Part shown: piece by piece, positions 26,834 to 36,738 of the stretch
Layout: every line of letters begins with the position of its first letter
Numbering within the stretch: the first letter of the stretch is position 1
From: a virus
IMG/VR virus record: IMGVR_UViG_3300035148_000415
Coordinates: 1 to 64,000 of that record
DNA: 64,000 bases
Strand: one strand, 5' to 3'
The notes under the pieces: model-generated
The model's input: the letters and a program-made list of their open reading frames with translations, nothing else
Databases searched by the model: none
Told to the model about the DNA's origin: nothing
Translations under genes and position numbers: made by a program

Positions 26834-29800
26834 CCGATTACACGGCCAACGTCAGCGCCGACTTCAGCGGGTACACGTCGTCCGTCCAACAGGCGATGGC
26901 CGTGACGAAGCAGTTCACCGCTGCGAACGACGGGCTCACCGCAGCGGCCGGGAAGGTGGCGACGAAGGCTATCGTCGGGTTCACCAACGTGCTCGGGCTG
27001 AACCAGAAGATGATGAAGGCCAACGTCGCGGAGGCTGCCAACTACCAGCAGGCGCTTGGGAAGGTCTCCGCGCAGGCGGTGGCGGCCGGCAAGTCCGTGT
27101 CCGAGGTGCAGAAGGCGACGAAGGACATCGCGAAGTCGCTCACCGGCAACATCGGCTCCGCGTCGGCCGCCGTCGGCTCGTCCCAGGGGATCCTGGGAAC
27201 CGCGTCGGTGAAGAACATCAAGGAGATGTCGAAGGCTCTGGTGGAGCTCGGCGCCGCATCGGGGGAGTCCGGCGCCCAGATCGGCGAGTACCTGGCGAGG
27301 TTCAGCAGGTCGTACGGCCAGATGCCTTCTGCGAAGGGGATCAGCGACCTCGGCGATTCGCTGGTGACCACTTCGGCCAAGTTCGGCACGTCGGCCACCG
27401 CGGTCGCCGGGTTCGCCAAGGAGATCGCCCCGTTCGCCAAGCAGGTCGGCCTGTCGCAGACGGCGGTCATCGGCCTGTCCACGTCGTTCGCGAAGATGGG
27501 CGAGGAGTCCCAGCGCGGGGCGAACGTGATGAACAAGGTGCTCTTGGACATCGACGCAGCGGCGCGCGAGGGGGCGCCGTCGCTGGGCGTGTACGCGGAC
27601 ACGCTGGGGAAGACGTACGCCGAGACTGCGAAGCTGGCGAAGGAGAACCCGGCCGAGTTCATCGTGTCGTTCGTGGAGAGCCTGGACAAGCAGGGGACCG
27701 GGGCGATCAGGACGCTGGAGGAGCTCGGGTTCGAAGGCGTGCGCACCCAGAAGGTGCTGAAGCAGCTGACCTCCGGCGGAGGCCTGCGCGAGCAGATCAC
27801 CACGGCGATGGAGTCCTACGGGACCGGGAGCGCCGGGAAGGCCGCCGAAGAGGCGATGGGAGGGCTGAACGAGTCCTCGTTGAAGCTGCAGGAGTCGCTC
27901 CGCCAGGTCATCGCGAACGGAGGGGCGCCGTTCCTCGGATGGCTCGAAGGAGTCACCGACGCGGCGAACTCGGCGGCCACAGCGGTGGAGAAGGTGACCA
28001 GCAGCACGGCGTGGGAGACCATGACCAGCGGCCTCGCGGCAGTGGTCGGAGTCGCCGGCATCGGCGGGATGGTCGCCGGGAAGATCATGACCGCCGGGAC
28101 CCTCGGGGCCGCGATCCCGTACATCCAGAGCATGGCCGGCGGGCGTATCGGGCAGTTGATGACGGGGATCAAGAACAACAGGGGGATGATCCTCGGCGGG
28201 GGCGCTGCCGCGATCGGCGCCGGGATGATGATGGACAACCCGTCCATGTCGATGATCGGCATGGCTGCCATGACTGCGGCGACCCTGTCGTCGGAGAAGC
28301 TGGCCGGACTGGTGCGCACCGGCATGTCCGGGTGGTTCGAGGACAGCCTGGACGCGCTGAACACCCCCGTGCAGGACTGGGGGAAGGGCAAGCACGGGCG
28401 CGCGGCGAGGCTGGAGCGGGAGTGGGACGACGTCGCCGGCAGGTACCGGGCGACCGCTTCCCAGGACCAGTTCGCCACGATCGCGAAGGCCATCAGGGAC
28501 GACGACTCCATGAGCAAGGAGGAGTTGAAGAAGTTCAAGCAGGCGGCGCGCAGGGTCGGGGCCGGAGGGAGGATCCCCACCGAGGTCGCGGAGCTGATGG
28601 CGGACTTCGCCACCGACGTGCGCACGAACGGCAGGGTCAGGTCGGACGCCATGCGCCGGATCGATGCGGTTCTGGAGGGCGTCCCGGAGTCCGAGGGCAG
28701 GGACCGGCTCGCCAGGATGGCGCGGCAGGGCGGCGGCTACGGAAGGTCGTTCGCATCCGGCGTCGCGCTGCAGGTGCGGAACATCCCGGCGCTGCTCGGC
28801 GCGATCGGCGCTCCGACCCTGATCGCAGGAGGGACGATCGGTGCGCTCGGTGCTGCTGCGTGGATGAACAAGCGCGGGGACGAGGTCGAGGAGAAGCGCA
28901 GGTCGACGAACCTGGAACTCGGTACCGGCGTGGCCGCTGCGTACGGCATGGTCGCACCGACGTTCGAAGGGATCGCGTCCTCCGGGCAGAAGCTGACGGG
29001 GACGTTCGACAAGCTGTCCGAGGCCTTCGCCAAGGGCCTGCAGGACTCCGGAGGGATGACGGGGAGGCTGTCGTACTCGCAGTTCGCCGCCGTCGAGACC
29101 AGGGACAAGCCCTCTGTCGACCTGCAGTTCCAGAACCGCAGGTTCCTGTGGCAGACGACCGGCAGCCAGATGACGAGCAAGCAGGCGGTCTCCGAGCTGA
29201 TCGCCGCGTACGGGGCCGTGCTGACGCCGCAGGGGCTGGCCGCGATGACGACCGACCTGAAGGCCCAGGGCAAGACGTACGACGAAGTGACGAAGGCCAT
29301 CGGCGCCTACACGGAGGCCGTCACCGGCGAGGGCGGGGCACTGCGCGCCGTCGTGGAGGACTACGCGCGGAACCAGCCCAACCGCATGCCGTGGGAGGCG
29401 GAGACGTGGTCCGAGGCGCTGAAGCGGTGGAGCTCGGACTTCCAGGGGAGCGACCAGCAGAAGCAGCTGCAGCTGATCGAAGAGCTGAAGAGGGCCGCAC
29501 CGGGCCTGACGACCGAGCAGATGGACAACATCTGGAAGGACTTCGCCGAGGCGCTGGGGCTGAACCCCGATGCGGGCCCCGGGCTGAAGGGCGGGGCCGC
29601 GCTGACCGGTCCCGGGTACCAGGGCCCTGGCGGGACCGGTCCTCAGCCCGGGAAGCAGGAGGAGCCCAAGGGCGAGACGGTTGAGGAGTACAACCGCCGC
29701 AAGAGCGACGAATGGCAGATGAAGACCATCGGCCGCCTGTACGGGGACTTCGAGGAGAAGTACAGGGCGATGTTCTCCGGCAACCCCACCGGACCGCTCG

Positions 29801-32265
29801 GGGCGGCGCTGAACAGGATCGCCCTGGAGACCAGCGCGGAGCAGACCGGCGTGCCCCTGTTCCCCGGTTCCCCCGAGTGGCAACGCGCCCAGACGGCGAA
29901 CAGGGGGAACGACCAGAACCTCATCGCCGCCATAGAGGGGCTGTCGCAGGCCACGGAGAAGTGGGGCGAGGAGAACATCGCCGGGAACCTGCAGGAGTCG
30001 ATGAAGAACGTGTCGCAGTGGCTGACCGCCGGCGGCGGCATCTCCGGTGCGCAGGCGTACAACCGGCAGCTGCTGATGGAGCCGACGAACGTCGGGACGA
30101 AGGGGAGCCTGCAGCTGCAGGCGGGGATGCTGGCGCTGGGCAGTGCCGTCGAGATCGCCGGGATGGACCCGTACGCGCAGATCAAGTCGAAGCAGACGGA
30201 CGCCGCGGTGAGGCTCGGGGAGGCGCAGCGGGAGCTGAACGCCGGGAACACCTCGGCCGAGGTGAACAACCAGTACAAGCAGGCGATGGACGACCTGTTC
30301 TCGCTGCGCGCCGACGAAGTCTCCTTCCTGCAGGGGGTGGTGAAGGCCGGAAGGCAGCTGCAGACCAGCCTCCGCTACTCGGAGGAGGACTGGCAGACCA
30401 GCCGCAGGTACGCGAAGGAGGACTACAGCACGCAGCGCGCGCAGGCGGCGGAGCAGTTCGCGACGCAGCAGCGGTACGCGCAGGAGGCGTACCAGCGCCA
30501 GTCGATGTACATGGAGGAGGACTACCAGCAGCAGATGCTGCGCTCCGACCGCGAGTACTACAAGCAGCGCCTGTACCAGGCGGACGACTACGCGAAGGGG
30601 ATGCGCCGCAGGATGGAGGATGCGGCCAAGGGGATGATGGACCCGTTCCAGCGCATCGCCGTCGAATCGACGTGGTCCGGCGAGGGGCTGGTGGCGAACC
30701 TGGCCGAGCAGGAGCAGCAGATCAGGGAGCAGATCGCGAACCTGGACGAACTGCGCAACCAGGGGGTGTCGCAGAGCGCCATCGACATCCTCGGCCTGAA
30801 CGATCCCGGCAAGGCGCAGCAGCTGAACAGGCTGCTGGGCGACATCGCCGCCGGCGGCAACGACATCGTGTCGTCCCTGAACTCCGCCGCGCAGGCCAGG
30901 GGCGAATTGGCCGGAGGGCTGTTCTCCGCCGAGAACGACATGGGCACGCGCAGGATGGAGGAGGACTACAACACCGCGATGAACCGCATGGCCGAGGCGA
31001 GGAAGACGTTCCTCTCGGACTCGGCGGCGGACTACGACAAGGCCAGGCGCCGGTCGCAGGAGGCGTTCGAGACGTCGCAGCGGCAGGCCAGGGAGTCGTT
31101 CGACACCTCGATGAGGTACATGGAGCAGGCGCACCAGCGTTCGCTGACCAGGATGGACGAGGCGCACGCCACCTCCGTGAGACGGGCCAGGGAGCAGTTC
31201 GAGGAGCAGTTCATCGGGATCACGTCCGACTACGAGACCCTTGCGAAGACCGCCACCGCCATGCTCAACGGGGAGACCGTGGAGTGGGGCGGGATCATCA
31301 CCCGCGGCACGGACACGATGCGAGAGGCGTTCAAGACGAACGCCGGCGAGCTCGGCTCGCTGTGGGCCGAGTCGTTCACCAAATCGCTGGAGGACCAGTT
31401 CGGGGCCGACTCGGCGGTGATCGACGCGGTGAAGAACGCCCTGCTGCTGGTCGGTTCGCTGGTCGGAGGGGGCGGGCCGCGCCCTGGGGATTCGGTGTTC
31501 GAGGACCTGACAGGCACGCCGAACGGTTCGGCGGGCGGGCCGACGTGGGTCGTGGGCGGGAAGGGCTGGTTCAACACCAGCAACTACTACGGGAGGCCCA
31601 GCGGCAACTACAAGGCCGGCCACCACACCGGGGCAGACGTGGCTGCGGAGGTCGGTACGCCGATCTTCTCGACGATCTCCGGCAAGGTGGTGAAGGCCGG
31701 ATGGGACGGGGCGTACGGCAACGCCGTGTACGTGGAGGGCCTCAACGGGATCACGGTGCTGTACGCGCACATGTCGTCGGTCGGCACGGTGGCGGGCGCG
31801 ACGGTGGCCAGGGGCACGCCGATCGGGCGCGTCGGGAGCACCGGGAACTCCAACGGTCCGCACGTCCATGTCGAGGCCAGGTCGGCGACCATGGCGGGGT
31901 ACCCGGGGTACGGCTCGGACGTGAACCCGCTGCCGTACATGTGGGCGGGCGGCATCGTCAACCGCGCCACGACGGCGGTGATCGGAGAGGGAGGGTACGG
32001 GGAGGCCGTGATCCCGCTGAACCACCGCGGGATCGACGTCTTGAGCCAGGCGCTCGCCAGGGCGTACGGCTCCAGGGCGCTGCAGCAGGCGGCCCTGGGC
32101 GAGCGCGGGCCGCAGAACGTGACGTACGTGGTGACCGAGGACCATTCGGTGAACGTGAACGGCTCGGTCGAGGTGGTGTCCTCCGATCCGGAGCGCATCG
32201 GGCGCGAGTTGGAGAGGATGGCCAGGAGCAGGGCGCTGCTGTCTCCTAGCAGGAGGAACCGATGA
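26830..32265 (+). CDS. tape measure protein (1811 aa) with C-terminal M23 peptidase domain
   Basis: Longest ORF, after G/G-T; Ala/Gly-rich TM-like segments, long Q/E/R/Y-rich helical repeats. Confidence 0.9.
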   Translation: MTDYTANVSADFSGYTSSVQQAMAVTKQFTAANDGLTAAAGKVATKAIVGFTNVLGLNQKMMKANVAEAANYQQALGKVSAQAVAAGKSVSEVQKATKDIAKSLTGNIGSASAAVGSSQGILGTASVKNIKEMSKALVELGAASGESGAQIGEYLARFSRSYGQMPSAKGISDLGDSLVTTSAKFGTSATAVAGFAKEIAPFAKQVGLSQTAVIGLSTSFAKMGEESQRGANVMNKVLLDIDAAAREGAPSLGVYADTLGKTYAETAKLAKENPAEFIVSFVESLDKQGTGAIRTLEELGFEGVRTQKVLKQLTSGGGLREQITTAMESYGTGSAGKAAEEAMGGLNESSLKLQESLRQVIANGGAPFLGWLEGVTDAANSAATAVEKVTSSTAWETMTSGLAAVVGVAGIGGMVAGKIMTAGTLGAAIPYIQSMAGGRIGQLMTGIKNNRGMILGGGAAAIGAGMMMDNPSMSMIGMAAMTAATLSSEKLAGLVRTGMSGWFEDSLDALNTPVQDWGKGKHGRAARLEREWDDVAGRYRATASQDQFATIAKAIRDDDSMSKEELKKFKQAARRVGAGGRIPTEVAELMADFATDVRTNGRVRSDAMRRIDAVLEGVPESEGRDRLARMARQGGGYGRSFASGVALQVRNIPALLGAIGAPTLIAGGTIGALGAAAWMNKRGDEVEEKRRSTNLELGTGVAAAYGMVAPTFEGIASSGQKLTGTFDKLSEAFAKGLQDSGGMTGRLSYSQFAAVETRDKPSVDLQFQNRRFLWQTTGSQMTSKQAVSELIAAYGAVLTPQGLAAMTTDLKAQGKTYDEVTKAIGAYTEAVTGEGGALRAVVEDYARNQPNRMPWEAETWSEALKRWSSDFQGSDQQKQLQLIEELKRAAPGLTTEQMDNIWKDFAEALGLNPDAGPGLKGGAALTGPGYQGPGGTGPQPGKQEEPKGETVEEYNRRKSDEWQMKTIGRLYGDFEEKYRAMFSGNPTGPLGAALNRIALETSAEQTGVPLFPGSPEWQRAQTANRGNDQNLIAAIEGLSQATEKWGEENIAGNLQESMKNVSQWLTAGGGISGAQAYNRQLLMEPTNVGTKGSLQLQAGMLALGSAVEIAGMDPYAQIKSKQTDAAVRLGEAQRELNAGNTSAEVNNQYKQAMDDLFSLRADEVSFLQGVVKAGRQLQTSLRYSEEDWQTSRRYAKEDYSTQRAQAAEQFATQQRYAQEAYQRQSMYMEEDYQQQMLRSDREYYKQRLYQADDYAKGMRRRMEDAAKGMMDPFQRIAVESTWSGEGLVANLAEQEQQIREQIANLDELRNQGVSQSAIDILGLNDPGKAQQLNRLLGDIAAGGNDIVSSLNSAAQARGELAGGLFSAENDMGTRRMEEDYNTAMNRMAEARKTFLSDSAADYDKARRRSQEAFETSQRQARESFDTSMRYMEQAHQRSLTRMDEAHATSVRRAREQFEEQFIGITSDYETLAKTATAMLNGETVEWGGIITRGTDTMREAFKTNAGELGSLWAESFTKSLEDQFGADSAVIDAVKNALLLVGSLVGGGGPRPGDSVFEDLTGTPNGSAGGPTWVVGGKGWFNTSNYYGRPSGNYKAGHHTGADVAAEVGTPIFSTISGKVVKAGWDGAYGNAVYVEGLNGITVLYAHMSSVGTVAGATVARGTPIGRVGSTGNSNGPHVHVEARSATMAGYPGYGSDVNPLPYMWAGGIVNRATTAVIGEGGYGEAVIPLNHRGIDVLSQALARAYGSRALQQAALGERGPQNVTYVVTEDHSVNVNGSVEVVSSDPERIGRELERMARSRALLSPSRRNR
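31582..31899 (+). other. LytM/M23 metallopeptidase domain inside tape measure
   Basis: HHTGAD (HxxxD, nt 31621-31638) and HVHVE (HxH, nt 31861-31875) with GSTGNSNGPH between. Confidence 0.85.
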
Positions 32266-32699
32266 TCAACGTGCTCGTCGAAGACCCGGCGGCTGTGGGA
32301 GGGTGGCTCGCCCTGCAGCAGCCGGAGATCGGGTTGAAGCTCGGCCCCGACACGTTCGCCGCCACGCAGGCGACGCTGAAGAGGACGACGGCGACCAACG
32401 CGTTCTCCCCGGGGACGTTCACGCTGCGGGCCGACCCGGACACGACGACGGAGACGGTGTCCGTGTACGTCTCGGACGGGTCCGTGGCTGCGAGGGACGC
32501 GAAGGTGGAGCACCTGCTCTCACTGTTCGGGAGGATACGGTTCCTCCTGAGGAAGGTCTCCGAGACGGGGACCCTCGAGATGGTCGGCCAGGCGTCTGAC
32601 TACGCGCTGAACAACCAGCGGGAGTTCCTGCACGCCGGGATCACGCTGATCACGTTCAGCGTGCCGGTGCTCCCGTACCGCAGGACGGTGGTGGAATGA
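32262..32699 (+). CDS. minor tail protein
   Basis: ATGA overlap with tape measure stop; 145 aa; synteny. Confidence 0.55.
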   Translation: MINVLVEDPAAVGGWLALQQPEIGLKLGPDTFAATQATLKRTTATNAFSPGTFTLRADPDTTTETVSVYVSDGSVAARDAKVEHLLSLFGRIRFLLRKVSETGTLEMVGQASDYALNNQREFLHAGITLITFSVPVLPYRRTVVE

Positions 32700-33094
32700 T
32701 CTCCTCGACGATGAGCCAGGCGCTGCTCCGGTCGGTGTTCACCGACCTCTCCTCCCCGTACCGGCAGCACGGGTTCGCATTCTCGCTGCACACGGACGCG
32801 AACCCCGGAGGCGCGAGCACGGAGATCGAGTCGGTGACGTACTCCAGGGTGCTGTACGGCCACGGGGAGTCCTACTGGAGCATCGGGTCCAGGTCGGCGA
32901 CGAACCGCGCCGAGATCCTGTTCCCCGCCACCGGCGACACGGAGATGTGGCCGGCGGTGCGCGCGCTCGGGCTGTGGGACGTGAGGACCGGGGCGTTCAT
33001 GTGGGGCGTGGCGTTCGACATCGGGTCGTACGTGGTCGGCACCGGCGACAGGCTGTCGGTGCCCGTGAACGGGCTGGTGATGAGCCTTGGCTAG
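32696..33094 (+). CDS. minor tail protein (paralog of 36216-36590)
   Basis: ATGA overlap; FSLHTDANPGG..NRAEILFPA..LGLWD..NGLVMSLG aligns with VSLHVAEPSS..NRSEIVFQG..VSLDP..NTIKLIIG. Confidence 0.55.
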   Translation: MISSTMSQALLRSVFTDLSSPYRQHGFAFSLHTDANPGGASTEIESVTYSRVLYGHGESYWSIGSRSATNRAEILFPATGDTEMWPAVRALGLWDVRTGAFMWGVAFDIGSYVVGTGDRLSVPVNGLVMSLG

Positions 33095-33956
33095 CACGGT
33101 GCCGCTGAGGGCGACGTACGGACGGGTGCCGACGACGGAGTCGTCGGTGGCGATGGTCGTGCGCGCGCCGGACCGGGCGCTGTTCGAGGCGCGGACCAGG
33201 GCGGCGCGCATCGATGTCTCCCCATACCGGCTGAACAGGGGGGAGTACGTCGTAGAAGGCCCGTCAGTGGTCCTGCAAGCCGTTTTCAACGGGATGTACT
33301 CGGATATGCCTGACACCAGTTGGAGGGCCGTGGCGGGGCCTGACGCGCCGCTGTGGGCCGGAGCAGACGCCGCTGCCCTGTGGCCGAGCGCCAGCGCGTC
33401 GCCGAACGTCAACCTGGTCGGCCAGCAGTCGGGCGTCGCGGAGATCGTGCGGAACATGAAGGCCGATCTCTCCTCCGCCAGGGAGTACACGGTGGCGAGG
33501 ACTTCCGAGGGCTCGTCGTGGGGCACCGCGTGGCCCGCCACGAGGACCGCGTGGCTCGTGATGTCGGCGAGGCTCCCGCAGACCAGGAGGAACGGGGACG
33601 TGATGTCGCTGTCCCTCCTCGGGGACCCGCTGAAGGTGTCGACGAAGGGGGACCTGCTGTCGGTGTCGTTCAGGGACGTGGACCTCGGCTCCTGCGAGAG
33701 GAGCAACAACGATTACTCGGTGACAACAGTGGCTCTAGGGGTGGATACAGATACTGCTTATATGTATTTGAAGGAAGGGGGCGTGTTCACCTCGTACAGG
33801 TGGATCACCAAGTACAGCGGGCTCGTGGTGACCGGCCTGGAGATCGGCGGGGCCTCCAGCCCGGAGATGCTGGTGTACGCGGCCTCCGCAGGGGACGGCG
33901 GCCCTTCGGCGTGCAGGAGGGTGTTCGACATGTTCACGGGGTTCCTGTCGTGCTGA
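33087..33956 (+). CDS. minor tail protein (distal tail candidate)
   Basis: TTG start overlapping upstream gene; 289 aa; synteny. Confidence 0.5.
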   Translation: MASTVPLRATYGRVPTTESSVAMVVRAPDRALFEARTRAARIDVSPYRLNRGEYVVEGPSVVLQAVFNGMYSDMPDTSWRAVAGPDAPLWAGADAAALWPSASASPNVNLVGQQSGVAEIVRNMKADLSSAREYTVARTSEGSSWGTAWPATRTAWLVMSARLPQTRRNGDVMSLSLLGDPLKVSTKGDLLSVSFRDVDLGSCERSNNDYSVTTVALGVDTDTAYMYLKEGGVFTSYRWITKYSGLVVTGLEIGGASSPEMLVYAASAGDGGPSACRRVFDMFTGFLSC

Positions 33957-36211
33957 CCTACGGAGGAAGGGGCTATCCGGACTCGGTCCACGCGGACACC
34001 GAGGTCAACGGGGCGTGGTCGGTGCTGGTGCACACTTCCGACCGCGGTCTCGTGGACATCACGTCCGTCAGAGGTGCGCTCACCGAGATCAAGTCGATGT
34101 CCACCACGGACCCGTTCGGTCCTGCCGCCGCGTCGCTGGTGTTCCCGGCGCTGACGATGCTGGACTCCATCGGCGAGGGCGACCTCTCCTGGTGGCGGCC
34201 CGGGGCCGGTATCGACATCGTCTGGTCGTCGGAGTCGGTCAGGATCGCGGGCCCCAGGAGCGAGGTCCGCTGGGAGGGGTACATCGCGGGCGACTCCTCC
34301 TCGATGAGCGACTCCTCGGGGACGATGGAGATGACGCTGAAAGGGGCGCTGCTCGGGTGCGACAACACCCTGGCCATGCCCGAGTACCAGCAGAGGCCGT
34401 ACACCTTCGAGTACGCGGTGCAGCGCCAGCTCGACAAGTGCAGGGCCAACGGCGTGCACATCGGGGAGCTGGTGGTCCGCTGGCCCCAGTGGTGGTCGAA
34501 GCGGTACGTCCCAGGCACCGGCGACCAGTGGTGGATGGTCCCGGTCGGGGTGTCCGAGGGCGACCTGTGGACCGGGATGGTCACGAGGGAGACCGGCCAG
34601 TTCGAACCTGCCATGTCGAACTACATCAACGGCCTGCTGCAGTCGATGCACACCGAGCAGGGGCAGTTCACCCTGATGCTCGACCCCGGCAGGGTCCCGG
34701 TGCTGATGCACCGGGACAGGACGTCGCCGCAGGCCGACTGCGAGATCGACCTGATCACGCCGGGCGTGGCCATCGACCTCTCCTGCGACTACGAGACGAA
34801 GGCCAACGTCGTGTACGGGTCCGGCCGCGGGCTGGACGGGATCGCGTTCTCCAACATGCAGTTCTACGCGAACGGCGGCCAGGCGTACTACACGCCGTTC
34901 GCCTACCACCCGTCCGTCCATCCTCCGAGGCCGGCGCACATCGGCTCCCACGCCGGGATCCCGATCAGGAGGGAGGTCTCGCTGAAGTTCTACGAGGGGA
35001 TGTCGCCGCTGGAAGCCGCAAGGGCCTCCGAGCTGTACCGCCAGCGGTTCTCGGCCGCCGGGTGGACCGGCCAGATCAACATGACGACCGACCCGTACGT
35101 GGAGTCACCGGACGGGTCGAGGACGACGTTCCCGCGCCATGCGCTGCAGGCCGGCGACTCGATCAGGGTTCCGCACCTGTTCGGCAGGCAGGCAGGGGCG
35201 CTGTTCCACGTGACGCAGGCGTCCCACGACATCGCCGGAGGGCGCACGACGCTGACCGTCGACACGGTGTTCCGCGACAGGCTCACCTCGGACGAGGTGC
35301 GGCTGCGCGGCAGGGACGCGCTGACCGACGCGGTGACGCTCACCACCGGCCAGTACACGCCGAACGTCCGCGACCAGATGCTCCCGTGGGGCCCGGACTC
35401 CGGCTACGTCCCGGTGACCAGCAGGCTGCTGTTCGACGACGCCGCCAGGGACGACCAGGTGCGGGGCATGGACCAGTTCCCCTGGGAGGAGGCGACCCTG
35501 TCCCGTCCTCCATCGGACCCGAGGTGGGAGTCGTCGTACGTGAGGATCCCGGCGGCGGACCGCGAGGACCTGAGGAACAACTGGAACTGTCCGGAGCGCG
35601 ATGTCAGGTCCACCGTGATCCAACTGGCCCAGGCCGGATCGATCCAGCTGCTGCAGGTGATGGCGGTCGACAGGTCGGGGCGCAGGATGAAGGTCCCGTT
35701 CCACATCAGCTTCTACATGAACCACTCGGTCACCGCGGCCGACATGCCGAAGCTGGACGGCATGGACTGGGCGCACCCGCTGTTCGGGGTGAAGGTCGGT
35801 CCGTACCCGTTCTTCCCCGGCGCGTGGGAGCAGATCAACACCGACGGCAGCAAGCCGGCCAACGGGCAGCTGGTGGTCCCGGCGCCGAATGCGGGGATGA
35901 TCGCGGGGTGGGGCACGCAGACCGTCCCCGCCGGGTACCACCCTGGAGACCCCAGGCAGGGGCAGGAGCCGACGGGCCTGCTGTCGGTGCAGGAGGCGTT
36001 CTCGTGGGACGTCGCAGGGTTCCAGAAGGACTTCAACCCGTACCAGGGCGCCGAGAACTCGTTCGTCGCACCGAACAAGGGGTCCGGGATAGCCGGCGTG
36101 ATGATCTACTGCGACTCGGAGTGGGACGAGCGCAGCAAGAGCCTTGTTCCCCGGGACAGGGACGTCTACTTCATCGCGAGGCTGTTCCGGGCGCCTCCGG
36201 GGAACGGATAG
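33950..36211 (+). CDS. large minor tail protein, probable tail tip/hub
   Basis: GTG 33950 overlapping upstream stop; 753 aa; position after tape measure and distal tail genes. Confidence 0.6.
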   Translation: MLTYGGRGYPDSVHADTEVNGAWSVLVHTSDRGLVDITSVRGALTEIKSMSTTDPFGPAAASLVFPALTMLDSIGEGDLSWWRPGAGIDIVWSSESVRIAGPRSEVRWEGYIAGDSSSMSDSSGTMEMTLKGALLGCDNTLAMPEYQQRPYTFEYAVQRQLDKCRANGVHIGELVVRWPQWWSKRYVPGTGDQWWMVPVGVSEGDLWTGMVTRETGQFEPAMSNYINGLLQSMHTEQGQFTLMLDPGRVPVLMHRDRTSPQADCEIDLITPGVAIDLSCDYETKANVVYGSGRGLDGIAFSNMQFYANGGQAYYTPFAYHPSVHPPRPAHIGSHAGIPIRREVSLKFYEGMSPLEAARASELYRQRFSAAGWTGQINMTTDPYVESPDGSRTTFPRHALQAGDSIRVPHLFGRQAGALFHVTQASHDIAGGRTTLTVDTVFRDRLTSDEVRLRGRDALTDAVTLTTGQYTPNVRDQMLPWGPDSGYVPVTSRLLFDDAARDDQVRGMDQFPWEEATLSRPPSDPRWESSYVRIPAADREDLRNNWNCPERDVRSTVIQLAQAGSIQLLQVMAVDRSGRRMKVPFHISFYMNHSVTAADMPKLDGMDWAHPLFGVKVGPYPFFPGAWEQINTDGSKPANGQLVVPAPNAGMIAGWGTQTVPAGYHPGDPRQGQEPTGLLSVQEAFSWDVAGFQKDFNPYQGAENSFVAPNKGSGIAGVMIYCDSEWDERSKSLVPRDRDVYFIARLFRAPPGNG

Positions 36212-36215
36212 CACC

Positions 36216-36590
36216 ATGCAGTCGATACCTGTGATCACCACCACCGGGAAGGAGGCTGTGGCCTCCGCGATCGCCGCGATGCCCATGTGGGTGTCCCTCC
36301 ATGTGGCGGAGCCGTCCTCGATCGATCCGACCGCGACCATGGTGAACACGTCCGGGCCGACCGCGGTGCCCGTCTCGTGGGACGTGCACGGATCGGTGCT
36401 CTCGAACCGCTCGGAGATCGTGTTCCAGGGCGTCGCACCGGACTCCGTGGTGTCGTGGGTGGCGGTGTCGCTGGACCCTGATGCGAACAGGATCGCGTTC
36501 TACGGCGACCTCGCCGACTCCGTCTACGGATCAGGTTCGTGGTCGTCCTTCACACTTGGGCCAAACACGATAAAACTGATCATCGGATAG
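36216..36590 (+). CDS. minor tail protein (paralog of 32696-33094)
   Basis: ATG 36216, 124 aa; last gene of the tail module. Confidence 0.55.
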   Translation: MQSIPVITTTGKEAVASAIAAMPMWVSLHVAEPSSIDPTATMVNTSGPTAVPVSWDVHGSVLSNRSEIVFQGVAPDSVVSWVAVSLDPDANRIAFYGDLADSVYGSGSWSSFTLGPNTIKLIIG

Positions 36591-36592
36591 GC

Positions 36593-36622
36593 TTGCGTAG
36601 CGAAAGTTCATTGTGATAGGGT
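36593..36622 (+). promoter_or_regulatory. candidate promoter of the replication module
   Basis: TTGCGT (36593-36598), 18-nt spacer, TGa-TAGGGT (36617-36622) in a low-GC 150-bp gap. Confidence 0.45.
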
Positions 36623-36738
36623 GCGTTTAACGCATTGGGAGGAGGTATGCCCTCTTCCGATGGATGCGTGAGGCTCAGGTCTAGGATTGCGATCCCAGAT
36701 GCTGGGCCTTTTGTGTGCCCGCAGTCGGAAGGATTCGA

